IMG/VR virus record: IMGVR_UViG_3300020043_004790
Coordinates: 1-40,570 of that record
From: a virus
Taxonomy: Duplodnaviria; Caudoviricetes
Reading direction: 5' to 3' (one strand)
DNA: 40,570 nt
Shown here: one piece after another, positions 26,300-37,185 of the stretch
Layout of the letters: every line of letters begins with the position of its first letter
Numbering within the stretch: position 1 is the stretch's first letter
Position numbers and translations under genes: made by a program
The notes under the pieces: model-generated
Database searches by the model: none
Seen by the model: only the letters and a program-made list of their open reading frames with translations
Told to the model about the DNA's origin: nothing

Positions 26300-28261
26300 A
26301 TGACCCAATCTATTCCAACAACAGCAGCAGACTTCGAGACAATACTTGCAGCACAAGCAAGTGCAGGAGACACAGAGCTAACACTAGCTTCAGTAGAAGA
26401 TACAGACGGCAACAACCTAGCTGCGGGTCTATATGGCTTTACTCTTAGTGGAGACGAGGAAAACTACAAAGAGTTTATCGTTGGTGTACTCTCAGGAACC
26501 TCTGTAACCTCAGTACGATCTATCTCAGCACAAGGTGTGTCTACTGTAGGACTATCTAAATACCACAGACGAGGTGCCTCTGTAGCTATTACAGATTGGG
26601 TAGTAATTGGAAGACTTGTAGGTGTAGCATCAGGGACGACAGGCTTCGATTCAGCTGCTCCACTATTTTATGATGCAGACCCAGGGAACTTCACAGGAAA
26701 CGAGATCCCAACAGCAGACTGGGTATCAGCTCTTGTAAACGGAGGTACCGTATCTTTCAATCCACAGATCCTAACGACACAGGTAGCTGGGGAAAACCTC
26801 ACTGCTAACCAAGCAGTATATTTCAAGGAATCAGATCAACGATGGTATAAGATTGATGCAGATTCAACCTCAACCTATCAGATGTTAAAGCGTGGATTTG
26901 CCAACGCTACTCAGACAACAGGTGGAACACTAGGTATCTTGGTAACCGGTCTTATGTCTGGTTTTTCAGGACTTACTCCAGGATCAAAATACTACGCAAG
27001 CAACACCGCAGGAGACATTTCAACTACCCCAGGTACTAATACTATCTATGTAGGAACTGCGTTTAGCGCAACACAACTTATCGTAGACCCGTATGTACGA
27101 GATATACCGTACGGGAATGAGAAGGACGCACTTGCTGGTTCTCTAGGTACACCAAGCTCATCTAACCTATACCTGACACAACTTAATACAAGCGATGGGC
27201 AAGCAGACCAATCTCAAACAGCACAAGACGCAACACAGGGAGTAGGTCTAGCAAACACCACAGGCTTAAACAATAAGCTGGCACAGTCGTTTATCCCAAC
27301 AACAACTAAGATTCGCGGTGTCTCTTTGTTTAAGACAACAAACACAGGAACATTCACTGGAACCGTAACAGTAGCACTTCAAGCAGATTCAGCTGGTTCT
27401 CCTTCAGGTTCTAACCTAGCATCTGTAACTATCACAAACGCTCAGTGGCTTGCATTGGTGAACGGAGAGTTCGATGCGATATTCTCTACAGAATACACAT
27501 CAATGACCGTAGGAAGTCTGTACTGGATAGTAATAAGCACATCTACATCAGATACCGCAAACCATCCAAACGTACGTTCTAACAGTATTGGTGGGTATGC
27601 AAACGGGTCAGTAAAATACAACAACACTGCAGATGGATGGGTCGCAATCGCTACAATCGACCTATACTTCAAGACACTAGAAGGAAATACTAGTCAGGTA
27701 ATTACGTCTGGTGCTGATGGATATATTGGTGCTTCTCTAGTACCACAAATGATTGATTCAAACACTACAGCGATCACCATTACTAACGGTGCCAGTTCAA
27801 CAGAAACAACACTGTACACAAAGACACTTCCAGCTAACCTTCTTGGAAGAAATAACGTAGTGAGAGGAAAGGTATACCTAAGTTCGTTCGGGCGATCTAA
27901 CACAAATAACCCTGTATTTCGTCTAAAGTATGGTGCAACTACTGTAGCAACTATAACTCTCGGAACAGGTACAGGCATCAGTCCAGCTTGTAGCGGTTTC
28001 CTATACTTCGAGCTTATAAATGCGAACTCAACCATCTCACAGATAGGAACACTTGAGTTCATTGCAAGTATTGGTGGTGCTGAAGCTACTGCGGATACCA
28101 ACGTAGGTTTCAGTAAGGCGCTCCAGTTTGCTAACGGAACTGCAGCGGAAGATTCAACTGGCGCACTTGAAGTGAGTGTGACTGTTGATTATGCAAACAC
28201 CAACGCGGACGACGACCTAGTAACATTATACGGATACATGGAAGTAATCCGCCAACTCTAA
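26300..28261 (+). CDS. Tail fibre/spike-like protein
   Basis: AGENL....VY.......W..., SGLTPG..YY.S.TAG.ISTTPG motif; KLAQSF...L..DSAGSPSG domain; TATAAT at 26283. Confidence 0.7.
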   Translation: MTQSIPTTAADFETILAAQASAGDTELTLASVEDTDGNNLAAGLYGFTLSGDEENYKEFIVGVLSGTSVTSVRSISAQGVSTVGLSKYHRRGASVAITDWVVIGRLVGVASGTTGFDSAAPLFYDADPGNFTGNEIPTADWVSALVNGGTVSFNPQILTTQVAGENLTANQAVYFKESDQRWYKIDADSTSTYQMLKRGFANATQTTGGTLGILVTGLMSGFSGLTPGSKYYASNTAGDISTTPGTNTIYVGTAFSATQLIVDPYVRDIPYGNEKDALAGSLGTPSSSNLYLTQLNTSDGQADQSQTAQDATQGVGLANTTGLNNKLAQSFIPTTTKIRGVSLFKTTNTGTFTGTVTVALQADSAGSPSGSNLASVTITNAQWLALVNGEFDAIFSTEYTSMTVGSLYWIVISTSTSDTANHPNVRSNSIGGYANGSVKYNNTADGWVAIATIDLYFKTLEGNTSQVITSGADGYIGASLVPQMIDSNTTAITITNGASSTETTLYTKTLPANLLGRNNVVRGKVYLSSFGRSNTNNPVFRLKYGATTVATITLGTGTGISPACSGFLYFELINANSTISQIGTLEFIASIGGAEATADTNVGFSKALQFANGTAAEDSTGALEVSVTVDYANTNADDDLVTLYGYMEVIRQL

Positions 28262-28262
28262 T

Positions 28263-29903
28263 ATGGCAAAACGTCCACTACTTACTGCAAAGACGAAGCT
28301 TGTAGATGGTATTCGTAGGAATATCGCTGATGACACTGTAGCAGCACCCTCTACAATTTCGCAGGATAAAAAGATAAAAGAACAGGGGTACACTGTAGGA
28401 AAAACACCTACAGTAGTCTCAGATACAAACGTACGAGAGAACCTAATCCCTGGCATCAAAAGCGATGCACAGCAACTGCTAGCACCTACACAAGATCAAG
28501 TACAGCAACAGCAAGCTCAGCAACAACAGCAAACAACTACACCAGACGATAACGAATACTCTCAACTATACGAGAGCATTGTCGGGTCATCTCCTTCTGA
28601 GGATCCCTACTATGATACCGAAATGAAGCTTCTCGACGACATCAAGAAGACATCTGATGTACAGACACGATCATACCTAGACTCTCTTTCACAGGTGTAT
28701 AACACCCGTAGAGCAGAACAACAGGCACTAACAGGTGCACAACAGCAAGGCGCACAACAGCTTCTTATGCGAGGCGGTGGTGCACGATCAGGTTCAGGCT
28801 CCCAACTACTCTCAGGTATTGAACGCCAAGGAATCCGTGAACTCTCTATGCTCGATGCAGAAGAACAGCAACTAAAAGCATCTGCCCTAGCAGCACAGAC
28901 AGACCAGAACTACAAGCTTCTTGGAGACAAACTTGCGCTAATGAAAGAAAAGCGTACAGAAAAACTAGAGACCGTGTCTTCTATGTGGCAAGCAATCGTA
29001 GACGAGAAGAAGGAGACGCAAAAAGCTATTGATGAAGTTATAGAGAGTGCTTCTAAGAATGGTGCACCAGCATCAGTTATAAATGCAATTAGTAGTGCTA
29101 CAGACAAGGGTGCTGCTATTCAGGCAGCAGGAGACTACTTACAGGAAGGAAGTGGTACTGTCGGTGAGTATCTATTCTATAAACGCGAAGCACAAGCTGC
29201 TGGGCAAGTACCTATGTCATATCAGGCGTATGCAGATATGGACGCAAACCGTAAACGTTCAGTAGTAAATATAGGAGGAAATGGTATCTATTCTCCAAAC
29301 CAAGAGAAAGTCATAACCCGTGTTGATAATGCAATATCAAACAACCCAATGTACAAGAAGTACAACTCGATGATCACATTTGCTAATAACGTAAATACAG
29401 CACTCGACTCAGGAAACGGAGTGTCTGACATTGCTGCAATCAACCAGTTCCAAAAGGTTATCGACGAAGGTGCAGTCACAAGAGATCAAGACGTAAAGCT
29501 CATACAGAGCGCACAGTCACTCTCTAACCAACTCTCACTCATGACGAATAGACTCAAGAGCGGACAGCAACTCTCACAGACTCAGCGTGACCAGATGCGA
29601 ACAATGACAAATGAAATGCTTGCCGCACAAAAGAATGCTGTAGACAACGATCCGTTTATCCAATCTAAGAGAAAAGAATTGGAACGCAATAGTATTGATG
29701 TTGCAGACACAATTATAGGAGGTATAGACGAAGCAACTGTTGGCACAGGTGGAGATTTAATTAAGCAGGAACGTGATGCTGAAAATAGGGTTGTAGACAT
29801 CGCAGCATCAAACCCAGAAGCAGAAGCAGCTATACGTCCTCTTCTAGAGGCAGACGTACCGTTTATTGAGATTGTTGAGGCATTACCAGAATATTTTAAC
29901 TAA
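28263..29903 (+). CDS. Putative internal virion / DNA ejection protein
   Basis: Helical, Q/A-rich, 'D.A.I..F.K..D.G.V.R..D' motif; follows the tail genes. Confidence 0.6.
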   Translation: MAKRPLLTAKTKLVDGIRRNIADDTVAAPSTISQDKKIKEQGYTVGKTPTVVSDTNVRENLIPGIKSDAQQLLAPTQDQVQQQQAQQQQQTTTPDDNEYSQLYESIVGSSPSEDPYYDTEMKLLDDIKKTSDVQTRSYLDSLSQVYNTRRAEQQALTGAQQQGAQQLLMRGGGARSGSGSQLLSGIERQGIRELSMLDAEEQQLKASALAAQTDQNYKLLGDKLALMKEKRTEKLETVSSMWQAIVDEKKETQKAIDEVIESASKNGAPASVINAISSATDKGAAIQAAGDYLQEGSGTVGEYLFYKREAQAAGQVPMSYQAYADMDANRKRSVVNIGGNGIYSPNQEKVITRVDNAISNNPMYKKYNSMITFANNVNTALDSGNGVSDIAAINQFQKVIDEGAVTRDQDVKLIQSAQSLSNQLSLMTNRLKSGQQLSQTQRDQMRTMTNEMLAAQKNAVDNDPFIQSKRKELERNSIDVADTIIGGIDEATVGTGGDLIKQERDAENRVVDIAASNPEAEAAIRPLLEADVPFIEIVEALPEYFN

Positions 29904-29904
29904 C

Positions 29905-31479
29905 ATGGCAACACCAGAAAGAATTGCAGAAATACGACAGATGGCAGGTCTATCCCCAGACGTACCTCCTGGCTCTAGCGTCAACAGTAAAGCGCGACTT
30001 AGTGCTTTCGATTCTAAACTTGAGGCAGCAAAAGAAGCAAAGCGTTCTGGTGCTGAAAGGGTGGTACGCGGTGCTTATGATGTAGTTAAAGATGTTGCAA
30101 CTGGTGTGTCTAAAGGTGGCACAAGTACTATCTTGGGTTTAGGTAATATAGGGCGTGAAATACAACAAGGTCTAGGAAAAGGTATAGATACACTCACTGG
30201 TGGAGCAACGAATCTAGAGGCTACTGCTAAGGGTGGTGTTTTTGACCCTGAAAGCGCAGCTGGAATGAAAGCACGAGAGATAGTAACCCCAGAAGGCACT
30301 GGTGAGGAAGTTGGCTATGCAGCAGAACAATTAGGAGAGTACTTCTTACCAGCAGGAGCTGCGAGTAAGGCAGAAAAGGCAGTAACAACTGCTACAAAGG
30401 CAGTAACTAGCCCATTTCTCTCAGGTGCTCTACGAGTTCTTGGTACAGGACTTGCACAAGCATTTCCTGCAGCTGGTGTTAAATATGCTCAGACTGGTGG
30501 CGACGAAAAGGCTGCATTTGATACTGGTGTACTAGCTGGAGCAACGAGAGGTGCTCTACAGGTTATCGGTGAAGGTGCTAAGGCAATGAAAATACCTGAA
30601 AAGCTATACTCAACTATCTTTAAGAATACGAAGAAGGATATGCTTGCCGAGCTAAAGGCAAATGGACTAGAAAAGATACGATCAGCAGACCCACAGCTAT
30701 ATCAACAGTTGGTAGATGATGGTGTAGTACAGATAGGAGATAAGGGTAAGCAAATAGTAAATGAGACACTAGCAGAACAGGCGTTGGCACGCGGTCTACA
30801 AGGAAGTGTGGACTCTATGGCAGACGAGGTTGTTCGTGGCACGATGAAATCAGAACAGGCAGTCAGAAATATTGCATCAACATATAAGGGTACAGTGGAT
30901 CTACCAGAAGAACAATTCCAAAATGTTTTGAGAGAGCTTGCACAAGAGTACGACAACGTCGGTTTCGGTGAGATAGGTAAGGAAGCAACACAACTTGCAG
31001 ATGCACTAAAAGCCACTGAAGGTAAAGTAGATGCAAATACAGCACTGAAGATTCGCCGATTCCTAGACAAGATGCGTATTGCAGCGTCGTTCGACAAACC
31101 AACAAACAAGCTGTCTACAGCACAGGGTAATCTAAAAACATTAGCAGATTCTGTACGTCAACGTATAAACAAGATCCCTGAAATGGGTGGTGTTATGAAA
31201 GAGTACTCATTCTATATAGATGCACTCGATGCCCTTGCTGCAGAAGCTGCACGTTCTGGTAACAGACAAGTACTATCACTCATTGATAGTGTCTTCCTTG
31301 CAGGTGCTGCTGGCCCAGGTGGTGCTGCAGTGCTACCTATCGCAGTGATAAGTAAGTTGCTTCGTGGGTCTGCTGGAACTACAGGACTAGGACAAGCCCT
31401 TGAAAAGGGCGTTGCTGGCCCACTTATGGGTGGAGGTATTGGATCTGCTAGTGGTTCGATAGCTGCACCAAACCAATAA
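29905..31479 (+). CDS. Putative DNA ejection/transfer protein
   Basis: G/A-rich, 'E.VG..AEQ.GEY..P' motif; start moved to ATG 29905. Confidence 0.6.
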   Translation: MATPERIAEIRQMAGLSPDVPPGSSVNSKARLSAFDSKLEAAKEAKRSGAERVVRGAYDVVKDVATGVSKGGTSTILGLGNIGREIQQGLGKGIDTLTGGATNLEATAKGGVFDPESAAGMKAREIVTPEGTGEEVGYAAEQLGEYFLPAGAASKAEKAVTTATKAVTSPFLSGALRVLGTGLAQAFPAAGVKYAQTGGDEKAAFDTGVLAGATRGALQVIGEGAKAMKIPEKLYSTIFKNTKKDMLAELKANGLEKIRSADPQLYQQLVDDGVVQIGDKGKQIVNETLAEQALARGLQGSVDSMADEVVRGTMKSEQAVRNIASTYKGTVDLPEEQFQNVLRELAQEYDNVGFGEIGKEATQLADALKATEGKVDANTALKIRRFLDKMRIAASFDKPTNKLSTAQGNLKTLADSVRQRINKIPEMGGVMKEYSFYIDALDALAAEAARSGNRQVLSLIDSVFLAGAAGPGGAAVLPIAVISKLLRGSAGTTGLGQALEKGVAGPLMGGGIGSASGSIAAPNQ

Positions 31480-31527
31480 TAACTAGCACGATAAAACCTA
31501 GTATTACAAGCATGAGACTACTATACC

Positions 31528-32262
31528 ATGAAACCTAAACCAATCAAGTCACCAATGCAAGCACCACCAGGAAGTCCACTCTTTCTGGTTAAGCTCGGTG
31601 CTGATCTATTGAAAGTACATAAAGATTTCATGAGTAAGGTTGACTTGTTTATTGCAGGTCAAGAAGAGCTACGAGAACAGGCAAAACGAATACAGAAGCT
31701 TCCTAGAGGCGATAGGGGTGCTACAGGGCCACAAGGACAGAAGGGAGATCCTGGTAAAGATGGTGAGAACGGGAAAGACGGGAAGGATGGAGAGGTGCCA
31801 GACCTTATGGCGATAGTAGATATGGTTATAGAGAACCTACCAAAGAAACCTGAGATGGTTCCACCAGCAATATCAGACATTGTAGTAGCTGTTAAAGAGG
31901 CTATCAAAGACATGCCTATCTCTGAGTTCCCAGCAATCTCAAGAGAGATAGCGTCATACCGCAACCAGCTTGCAATGAGAGAGGGACAACCACTTGCAGG
32001 TAAGGTGTATGGCAAGAATACATGGGCACGAGGTGGAGGCTCTTCATCTTCAGGAGACGGAATTGCATACGAGATTCCAACAGGAGATGTAGATGACTCA
32101 AACCTAGTATTCACAGTAGCAAACGACCCTGTGTACATTATAGTAAACGGAGCACAGTATCTTGTTGGTACCGGAACATTTGCAACATACGCAGCAGGAA
32201 CCATTACCCTAACATCACCAGTCGGCGTTGGTGGATTCATAAGATCGGCATATGTACCTTAA
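31528..32262 (+). CDS. Collagen-like (Gly-X-Y) protein
   Basis: [28 protein letters not shown]; C-terminal 'E.PTG.VD.SN.VFT' domain. Confidence 0.8.
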   Translation: MKPKPIKSPMQAPPGSPLFLVKLGADLLKVHKDFMSKVDLFIAGQEELREQAKRIQKLPRGDRGATGPQGQKGDPGKDGENGKDGKDGEVPDLMAIVDMVIENLPKKPEMVPPAISDIVVAVKEAIKDMPISEFPAISREIASYRNQLAMREGQPLAGKVYGKNTWARGGGSSSSGDGIAYEIPTGDVDDSNLVFTVANDPVYIIVNGAQYLVGTGTFATYAAGTITLTSPVGVGGFIRSAYVP

Positions 32263-35182
32263 ACTTCTTACACTACTCATAGCGTCACTTCTACCACTTT
32301 CAGCAAGTGCTCAATTAACCGTCCCACAAGGAGGAACGGGAACAACTACTGTACCTGCAGGATGGTTTGTTGTTGGTTCAAACTCACTACGCGTAACAGC
32401 ACAGCAGTTTGTTGATCTAGTATCTGACGTAACTGGAAACCTACCTGTAACTAATCTCAATAGTGGTACTAACGCGTCTGCGTCTACATTTTGGCGTGGA
32501 GATGGCACATGGGCCACTCCAGTAGGCGGTGGAACTGGGACTGTCTCTACATCAACAAACGAGACAGCAGGATTCTTGTCATATTGGACTACCACATCAG
32601 GTACACCAGCAAGACTTGGACAAGTAGCTACAACTACCCTATCAGGAACCGCTAATCAGGTATCAGTATCAAATTCTCCGATAATAATAGGGGGTACACC
32701 AGCAGTGCTTACTCTTCCAAGCCACGTAATCTTCCCTAACTCATTCTTCGCTACTAACGCGTCAACAACTAACGCAACTACAACCAATCTTGGTGTGACT
32801 GCACTATATGCAATAGGTTCAGGAGGTATTGATTTTCATTCAAATAACGGAACGCACGTTGCAGAGTTTGGTCAAGGTGGAGGTTCAAACGCAACCTTTA
32901 GTGGAGGTGTAAACATTGACGGTGCAACTAGACTTGCAACCTCTTTGACAGGACTACTACAAGCTATGTCAGGAAGTGTAACTGCACTAGCTACAACCTC
33001 TGTAACATGTACGGGAACAGTAACCTGTAGCTCATTTACCGCTATTGGCCCTTCCCCTATTACTATCAACGGTTCAGGAAGTGCATCTAATCCATACGAG
33101 ATTGCTACCACTTCAAGTATCGCGCAGAGCCAGCTCGCCTACTACACCCAAGCATCAGGCAGAACGACTATTGGCGGTGTAGCAACAACCAGCCTCACCG
33201 CATCAGGCGCACTATCACTATCTCAGCCGATAGTAGTCTTGGGTACATCTGCATCCGCTCTTTCAATCACAGACGCAGTAGCAGACGGCACAACAAAGGG
33301 CGCAGCATCATTTACCGCAGCCGACTTCAACTCATCTGCTGGAAACATCTCAATTGATTACACCAACGGGCAAGCAGCGAGCGCAGGAGCTAAAGGTTTT
33401 CTAACATCAGCAGACTGGTCACTCTTCAACGGAAAGGAAAGCGCACTCACCTTCACCTATCCACTTGTACGCTCAACAAACACCATCTCACTCGCCTTCG
33501 GAACGACTACATCAAACACATGGGCTAACACTCAGACATTCACCAACTCACCTGTCTTCACATCATTGACTGGTGGCTTGGTCTATTCAAACGCTACAAG
33601 CGACACAGTAGCCAGTGTCTCAACCACGACCCTTGCACTGTCAGGGCCGTTCACCACAACCGCAACACTTGGGACGCTTGTTGGTGGTGCTAACGCGACA
33701 ATCAACTGGACAGGTCTTTCAACAACAACTCAACCAGCCATCTCTAACCTTCTAGTATCAAACGGCGCGGCTGGTGTGTTTGGTGTAGCAACTACATCAG
33801 TAACCTGTACTGGTTCTGTAACATGTACCACCTTCTCAGCAATTGGATCATCTCCAATCACAATCAACGGAACAGGAGGTGGTGGAGCAGGATCAACCGC
33901 ATGGGCAACCACAACTGGATCAGGAGGCACAATTCTCCAGTACCCATCTGATACATCTGCCGATCTTTTGTTTGGTGGAAGCTCAACATCAACCGCACCG
34001 TTCTGGTGGGACGTATCTGCATCTAAGTCATACGTAGGTCAGTACGCAGCCAATGACGCATCAATTACGTTTGGCCCTAATGGAACTGCTACGACCTCTA
34101 TCGGTATAGACTACTCAAACAGTGAAGCGTTCAGCATCTCAGACTCCGACACACTTGGTACGAGTGAGTGGTTCACACACCTAAGAAGCGGACTAAACGG
34201 TTTTGGTAGCTCTACGCCGTGGGGTATTCTTTCTGTCGCCTCTTCAACGTACGACTACCTACGTCCAATGTTCACGGTAGGTACAACGACAAACTCTTTG
34301 TTCGGTGTGTTCTCAACCTCAACTAACCAGCGATACAACGGCGCAGTTTCTAGTGGCGTAAATGGTGCTGTAAACGGAGCACGAGTAGTTATCGGTAACA
34401 ACGGGCCGTTTGGCTGGCTCGCTGGTATGGAGCAGTTGTGGATTAACGGATGGTGGAATCAGCGCGACTTCCAACAGTTCTGTGACAACCCAGTTGGAGC
34501 TACTGCGATTGCGGCAGATGGTATTGCACCATGTGGTGGCTTCTCATTTATGGAAGACGGAACCGGCACACTCACCGCATCAACAACCCCAGCAGCATCA
34601 GGTGGACAGGCGTTCGGTGCAATCACAACAGCGGCAGCAAACGATGGAGCTGGAGTATTCCTAAACAGCACATCAGCAGGATTCCTCACACTCTCAACGT
34701 CTACACCTTCAATGGAAGTGTATGCTCGTATTGGAAACTCTCAGACAGCATCTACAACCGCATCTGGTAACACTGGATACGTGATTGGTTTCACGAACCT
34801 TGCCACAGCAGGTACCGCATACGAGACTGCACCAACAGCCGGAGCATTCTTCCAAGCAACCTCAACAAACAACTGGCAAGCTATTACACGCACCGCCAGT
34901 GCATCTACACAGACTGACACGGGAGTATCCTCAACAACTGCTCTTACAGGTTCAGGAAACTTCAGACACTTCAAGATTGTTGCTGATGTTGATGGTGTGG
35001 ACTTCTACATCCGTACTACAGAAAGCGGCCCTCTAAACAAGGTTGCAAGACACACTACGAACCTTCCTACCGTTGTACTAAACGCTGGAGTACACATGGG
35101 ACGTGTGAACGTGGGTGCTATGTACGCAACGCTTGACTTCTATCGCCTACGCGTCTGGTGGAAGAGTGTGCTCATGCAATAA
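32252..35182 (+). CDS. Large Ser/Thr/Gly-rich fibre/adhesin-like protein with signal peptide
   Basis: 976 aa; [26 protein letters not shown] fibre motifs, ATTS repeats, lectin-like C-terminus. Confidence 0.8.
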   Translation: MYLKLLTLLIASLLPLSASAQLTVPQGGTGTTTVPAGWFVVGSNSLRVTAQQFVDLVSDVTGNLPVTNLNSGTNASASTFWRGDGTWATPVGGGTGTVSTSTNETAGFLSYWTTTSGTPARLGQVATTTLSGTANQVSVSNSPIIIGGTPAVLTLPSHVIFPNSFFATNASTTNATTTNLGVTALYAIGSGGIDFHSNNGTHVAEFGQGGGSNATFSGGVNIDGATRLATSLTGLLQAMSGSVTALATTSVTCTGTVTCSSFTAIGPSPITINGSGSASNPYEIATTSSIAQSQLAYYTQASGRTTIGGVATTSLTASGALSLSQPIVVLGTSASALSITDAVADGTTKGAASFTAADFNSSAGNISIDYTNGQAASAGAKGFLTSADWSLFNGKESALTFTYPLVRSTNTISLAFGTTTSNTWANTQTFTNSPVFTSLTGGLVYSNATSDTVASVSTTTLALSGPFTTTATLGTLVGGANATINWTGLSTTTQPAISNLLVSNGAAGVFGVATTSVTCTGSVTCTTFSAIGSSPITINGTGGGGAGSTAWATTTGSGGTILQYPSDTSADLLFGGSSTSTAPFWWDVSASKSYVGQYAANDASITFGPNGTATTSIGIDYSNSEAFSISDSDTLGTSEWFTHLRSGLNGFGSSTPWGILSVASSTYDYLRPMFTVGTTTNSLFGVFSTSTNQRYNGAVSSGVNGAVNGARVVIGNNGPFGWLAGMEQLWINGWWNQRDFQQFCDNPVGATAIAADGIAPCGGFSFMEDGTGTLTASTTPAASGGQAFGAITTAAANDGAGVFLNSTSAGFLTLSTSTPSMEVYARIGNSQTASTTASGNTGYVIGFTNLATAGTAYETAPTAGAFFQATSTNNWQAITRTASASTQTDTGVSSTTALTGSGNFRHFKIVADVDGVDFYIRTTESGPLNKVARHTTNLPTVVLNAGVHMGRVNVGAMYATLDFYRLRVWWKSVLMQ

Positions 35183-35183
35183 C

Positions 35184-36287
35184 ATGAACCTAAAAACACT
35201 CGGCACTGGAATAGTGATACTGAGCGCGGGGTTCGTGCCATTCGTCCCAAACGATATGACGTTCCTGTACGCGTATCAGACTACTCCTCAAGCAATCGAA
35301 GAAGCTACAGCACTAGCAAACGCACCTAAAGCTCCTGACGCGCCTGAGTATCTAAAGAACGTACAAGCACCACCGTTTTTCGAGGATGACGACAAGAACG
35401 GGATAATCTCCGTTGCAGCATTCCAAGACACAAACGGAAGTGTTGTGTTTGTACGCATTCCTGACGAACAGTACGGACGCATGGGAGAGAAGAATGCACC
35501 TACTAAGGGTGTCTCTGCTAATCCCGAAAAAGAAGAATACAAGTCTCTCATTGAGACCCTTCTTGTAGAGGAGGCTAGTGCCGCTGTTGCTACAGGCAAC
35601 ACATCAGGCATCACGTACTCTGCTAGTGGTGCAACATCCTACACCGTCTCCCAAACTACAGCCGTTGGTGATACGTACCTTGTAAGCACTGTCTCTGACT
35701 GGTCAGGTGACAATACAACTGGTTGCACCTTCAATGGAGATTCCTATACCCAGCTTGTAAAAGAGACACGTACGCCTGACTCTGGCTCACTCGAAGTCTA
35801 TCTATACGGTCTTCAAACACCTGACATCACCACAGCTAATGTGCAGTGTGATCGTTCCTCTTCAACGCTATGGATTGGTCTTGGTAGTGTATCGGTATCA
35901 GGTACGGACACTACTAACGCTGTAGATGCTACGGCGACTGAACCTGGACTTGCTGGGCAGTCATCAGACACCATCACCATCACAACTACCGCAGACAACA
36001 CTGGGGTTATTATCGCTGCGGTTGCCGACAACTGTAATATCGCAGCATCAACAAACGCTACTGAACTTGTTGCAGGAACAGGTACGCCTGGGGACTGTCA
36101 TATCCTTATGCGCTCTTCAACCTTCCCAGAAGGGGCTGCTGGAGCATATGCCTACACATACACGTTTAACTCTAACTCTGGTCACGCTGCGGTTGCTGTG
36201 TCTTTGAAACCCCCAGCTCTTGTACAAACCGAGACACTAATCAGGTCGGGAGGGTTTATAATTAGGAATCAAATGATCCTAAAATGA
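35184..36287 (+). CDS. Secreted or anchored beta-rich protein
   Basis: Start moved to ATG 35184; hydrophobic N-terminus, T/S-rich C-terminal domain. Confidence 0.75.
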   Translation: MNLKTLGTGIVILSAGFVPFVPNDMTFLYAYQTTPQAIEEATALANAPKAPDAPEYLKNVQAPPFFEDDDKNGIISVAAFQDTNGSVVFVRIPDEQYGRMGEKNAPTKGVSANPEKEEYKSLIETLLVEEASAAVATGNTSGITYSASGATSYTVSQTTAVGDTYLVSTVSDWSGDNTTGCTFNGDSYTQLVKETRTPDSGSLEVYLYGLQTPDITTANVQCDRSSSTLWIGLGSVSVSGTDTTNAVDATATEPGLAGQSSDTITITTTADNTGVIIAAVADNCNIAASTNATELVAGTGTPGDCHILMRSSTFPEGAAGAYAYTYTFNSNSGHAAVAVSLKPPALVQTETLIRSGGFIIRNQMILK

Positions 36288-36874
36288 AAACCGCACTCAA
36301 ACTATTTCTCAATAAGGGCGTACGCAAAAGCTACGGACAATTTGGCGAGGATGCAGTCATTCAGGCTGCTCTCAAACACATCAAGAAGGGTAAGTATGTA
36401 GACGTGGGTGCATACGACCCAGTGCTCTACTCAAACACATACGCGCTCTACAAGAACGGATGGAGCGGTGTGGTGATTGACCCTAACGGCTCTAAGGAGT
36501 CTGCGTTTCGTCTCTACCGACCACGCGACACCTTCGTGAAGGCCGGTGTGGGACACAAGGACGTGCGCCGATACTACATCTTCAAAGATGGAGCTTATAA
36601 CTCATTTGAACGCCCTGACGGTTCAATCGCCAGCGAGCTAGTGAGTATCCGACCTCTACAAGACTTCATGGACAAGGACGTATCGTTCTTGAACATTGAC
36701 GTTGAGGGTATGGATTTAGAAGTACTGAAATCATACGACTGGTCACACAAGCCACTACTCATTGCTGTGGAAGCGAAGATGGGAAGTGAGTGCCAGCAAT
36801 TGTTAGAAACACAGGGCTACACCCTAAGCGCAATGGCGGGATGTACCCTCTTATTCAGTTATGAAGCCCGATGA
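36284..36874 (+). CDS. FkbM family methyltransferase
   Basis: SYGQFGED, YVDVGA.DP..SNT, GW.G..IDPN, FLNIDVEG.D..VL. Confidence 0.92.
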   Translation: MKTALKLFLNKGVRKSYGQFGEDAVIQAALKHIKKGKYVDVGAYDPVLYSNTYALYKNGWSGVVIDPNGSKESAFRLYRPRDTFVKAGVGHKDVRRYYIFKDGAYNSFERPDGSIASELVSIRPLQDFMDKDVSFLNIDVEGMDLEVLKSYDWSHKPLLIAVEAKMGSECQQLLETQGYTLSAMAGCTLLFSYEAR

Positions 36875-37139
36875 ACTAGATATTGTTAAAGAACATATTG
36901 AACTTGTTATACAAAAAACAGTCAATGGAAAGATAGATAAGCTAAACGACAAGATGGAGGAGCATAATCGTGTACACGAATCTCACATGCAAGTCGTAGT
37001 GAAGCACATGGAGGAGACCAAGCCTATCCTCGAAGCGTACAAAGGTGCCAGTACTATAGGTAACTTAGTTAAGTGGCTTGCAGGACTTGGTACCGCAGTA
37101 GGTGTGTTGTGGGCAATCATTAGAGGACTTTTCCCATGA
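36861..37139 (+). CDS. Coiled-coil membrane protein (holin-like)
   Basis: VNGKID coiled coil plus C-terminal TM helix; first gene of the lysis region. Confidence 0.6.
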   Translation: MKPDELDIVKEHIELVIQKTVNGKIDKLNDKMEEHNRVHESHMQVVVKHMEETKPILEAYKGASTIGNLVKWLAGLGTAVGVLWAIIRGLFP

Positions 37140-37185
37140 ACTTACTCTCTGTACTTATTTGCGCGGTAATCTGTAACTATTTCAT

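Noticed and set aside
28495-28540. CAA/CAG run
   Set aside because: Poly-Gln coding low complexity, not an array.
12967-35614. Many long antisense ORFs (e.g. 12967..13476, 18491..19141, 20648..21130, 31659..32240)
   Set aside because: Shadow frames of clear + strand genes, explained by codon bias.
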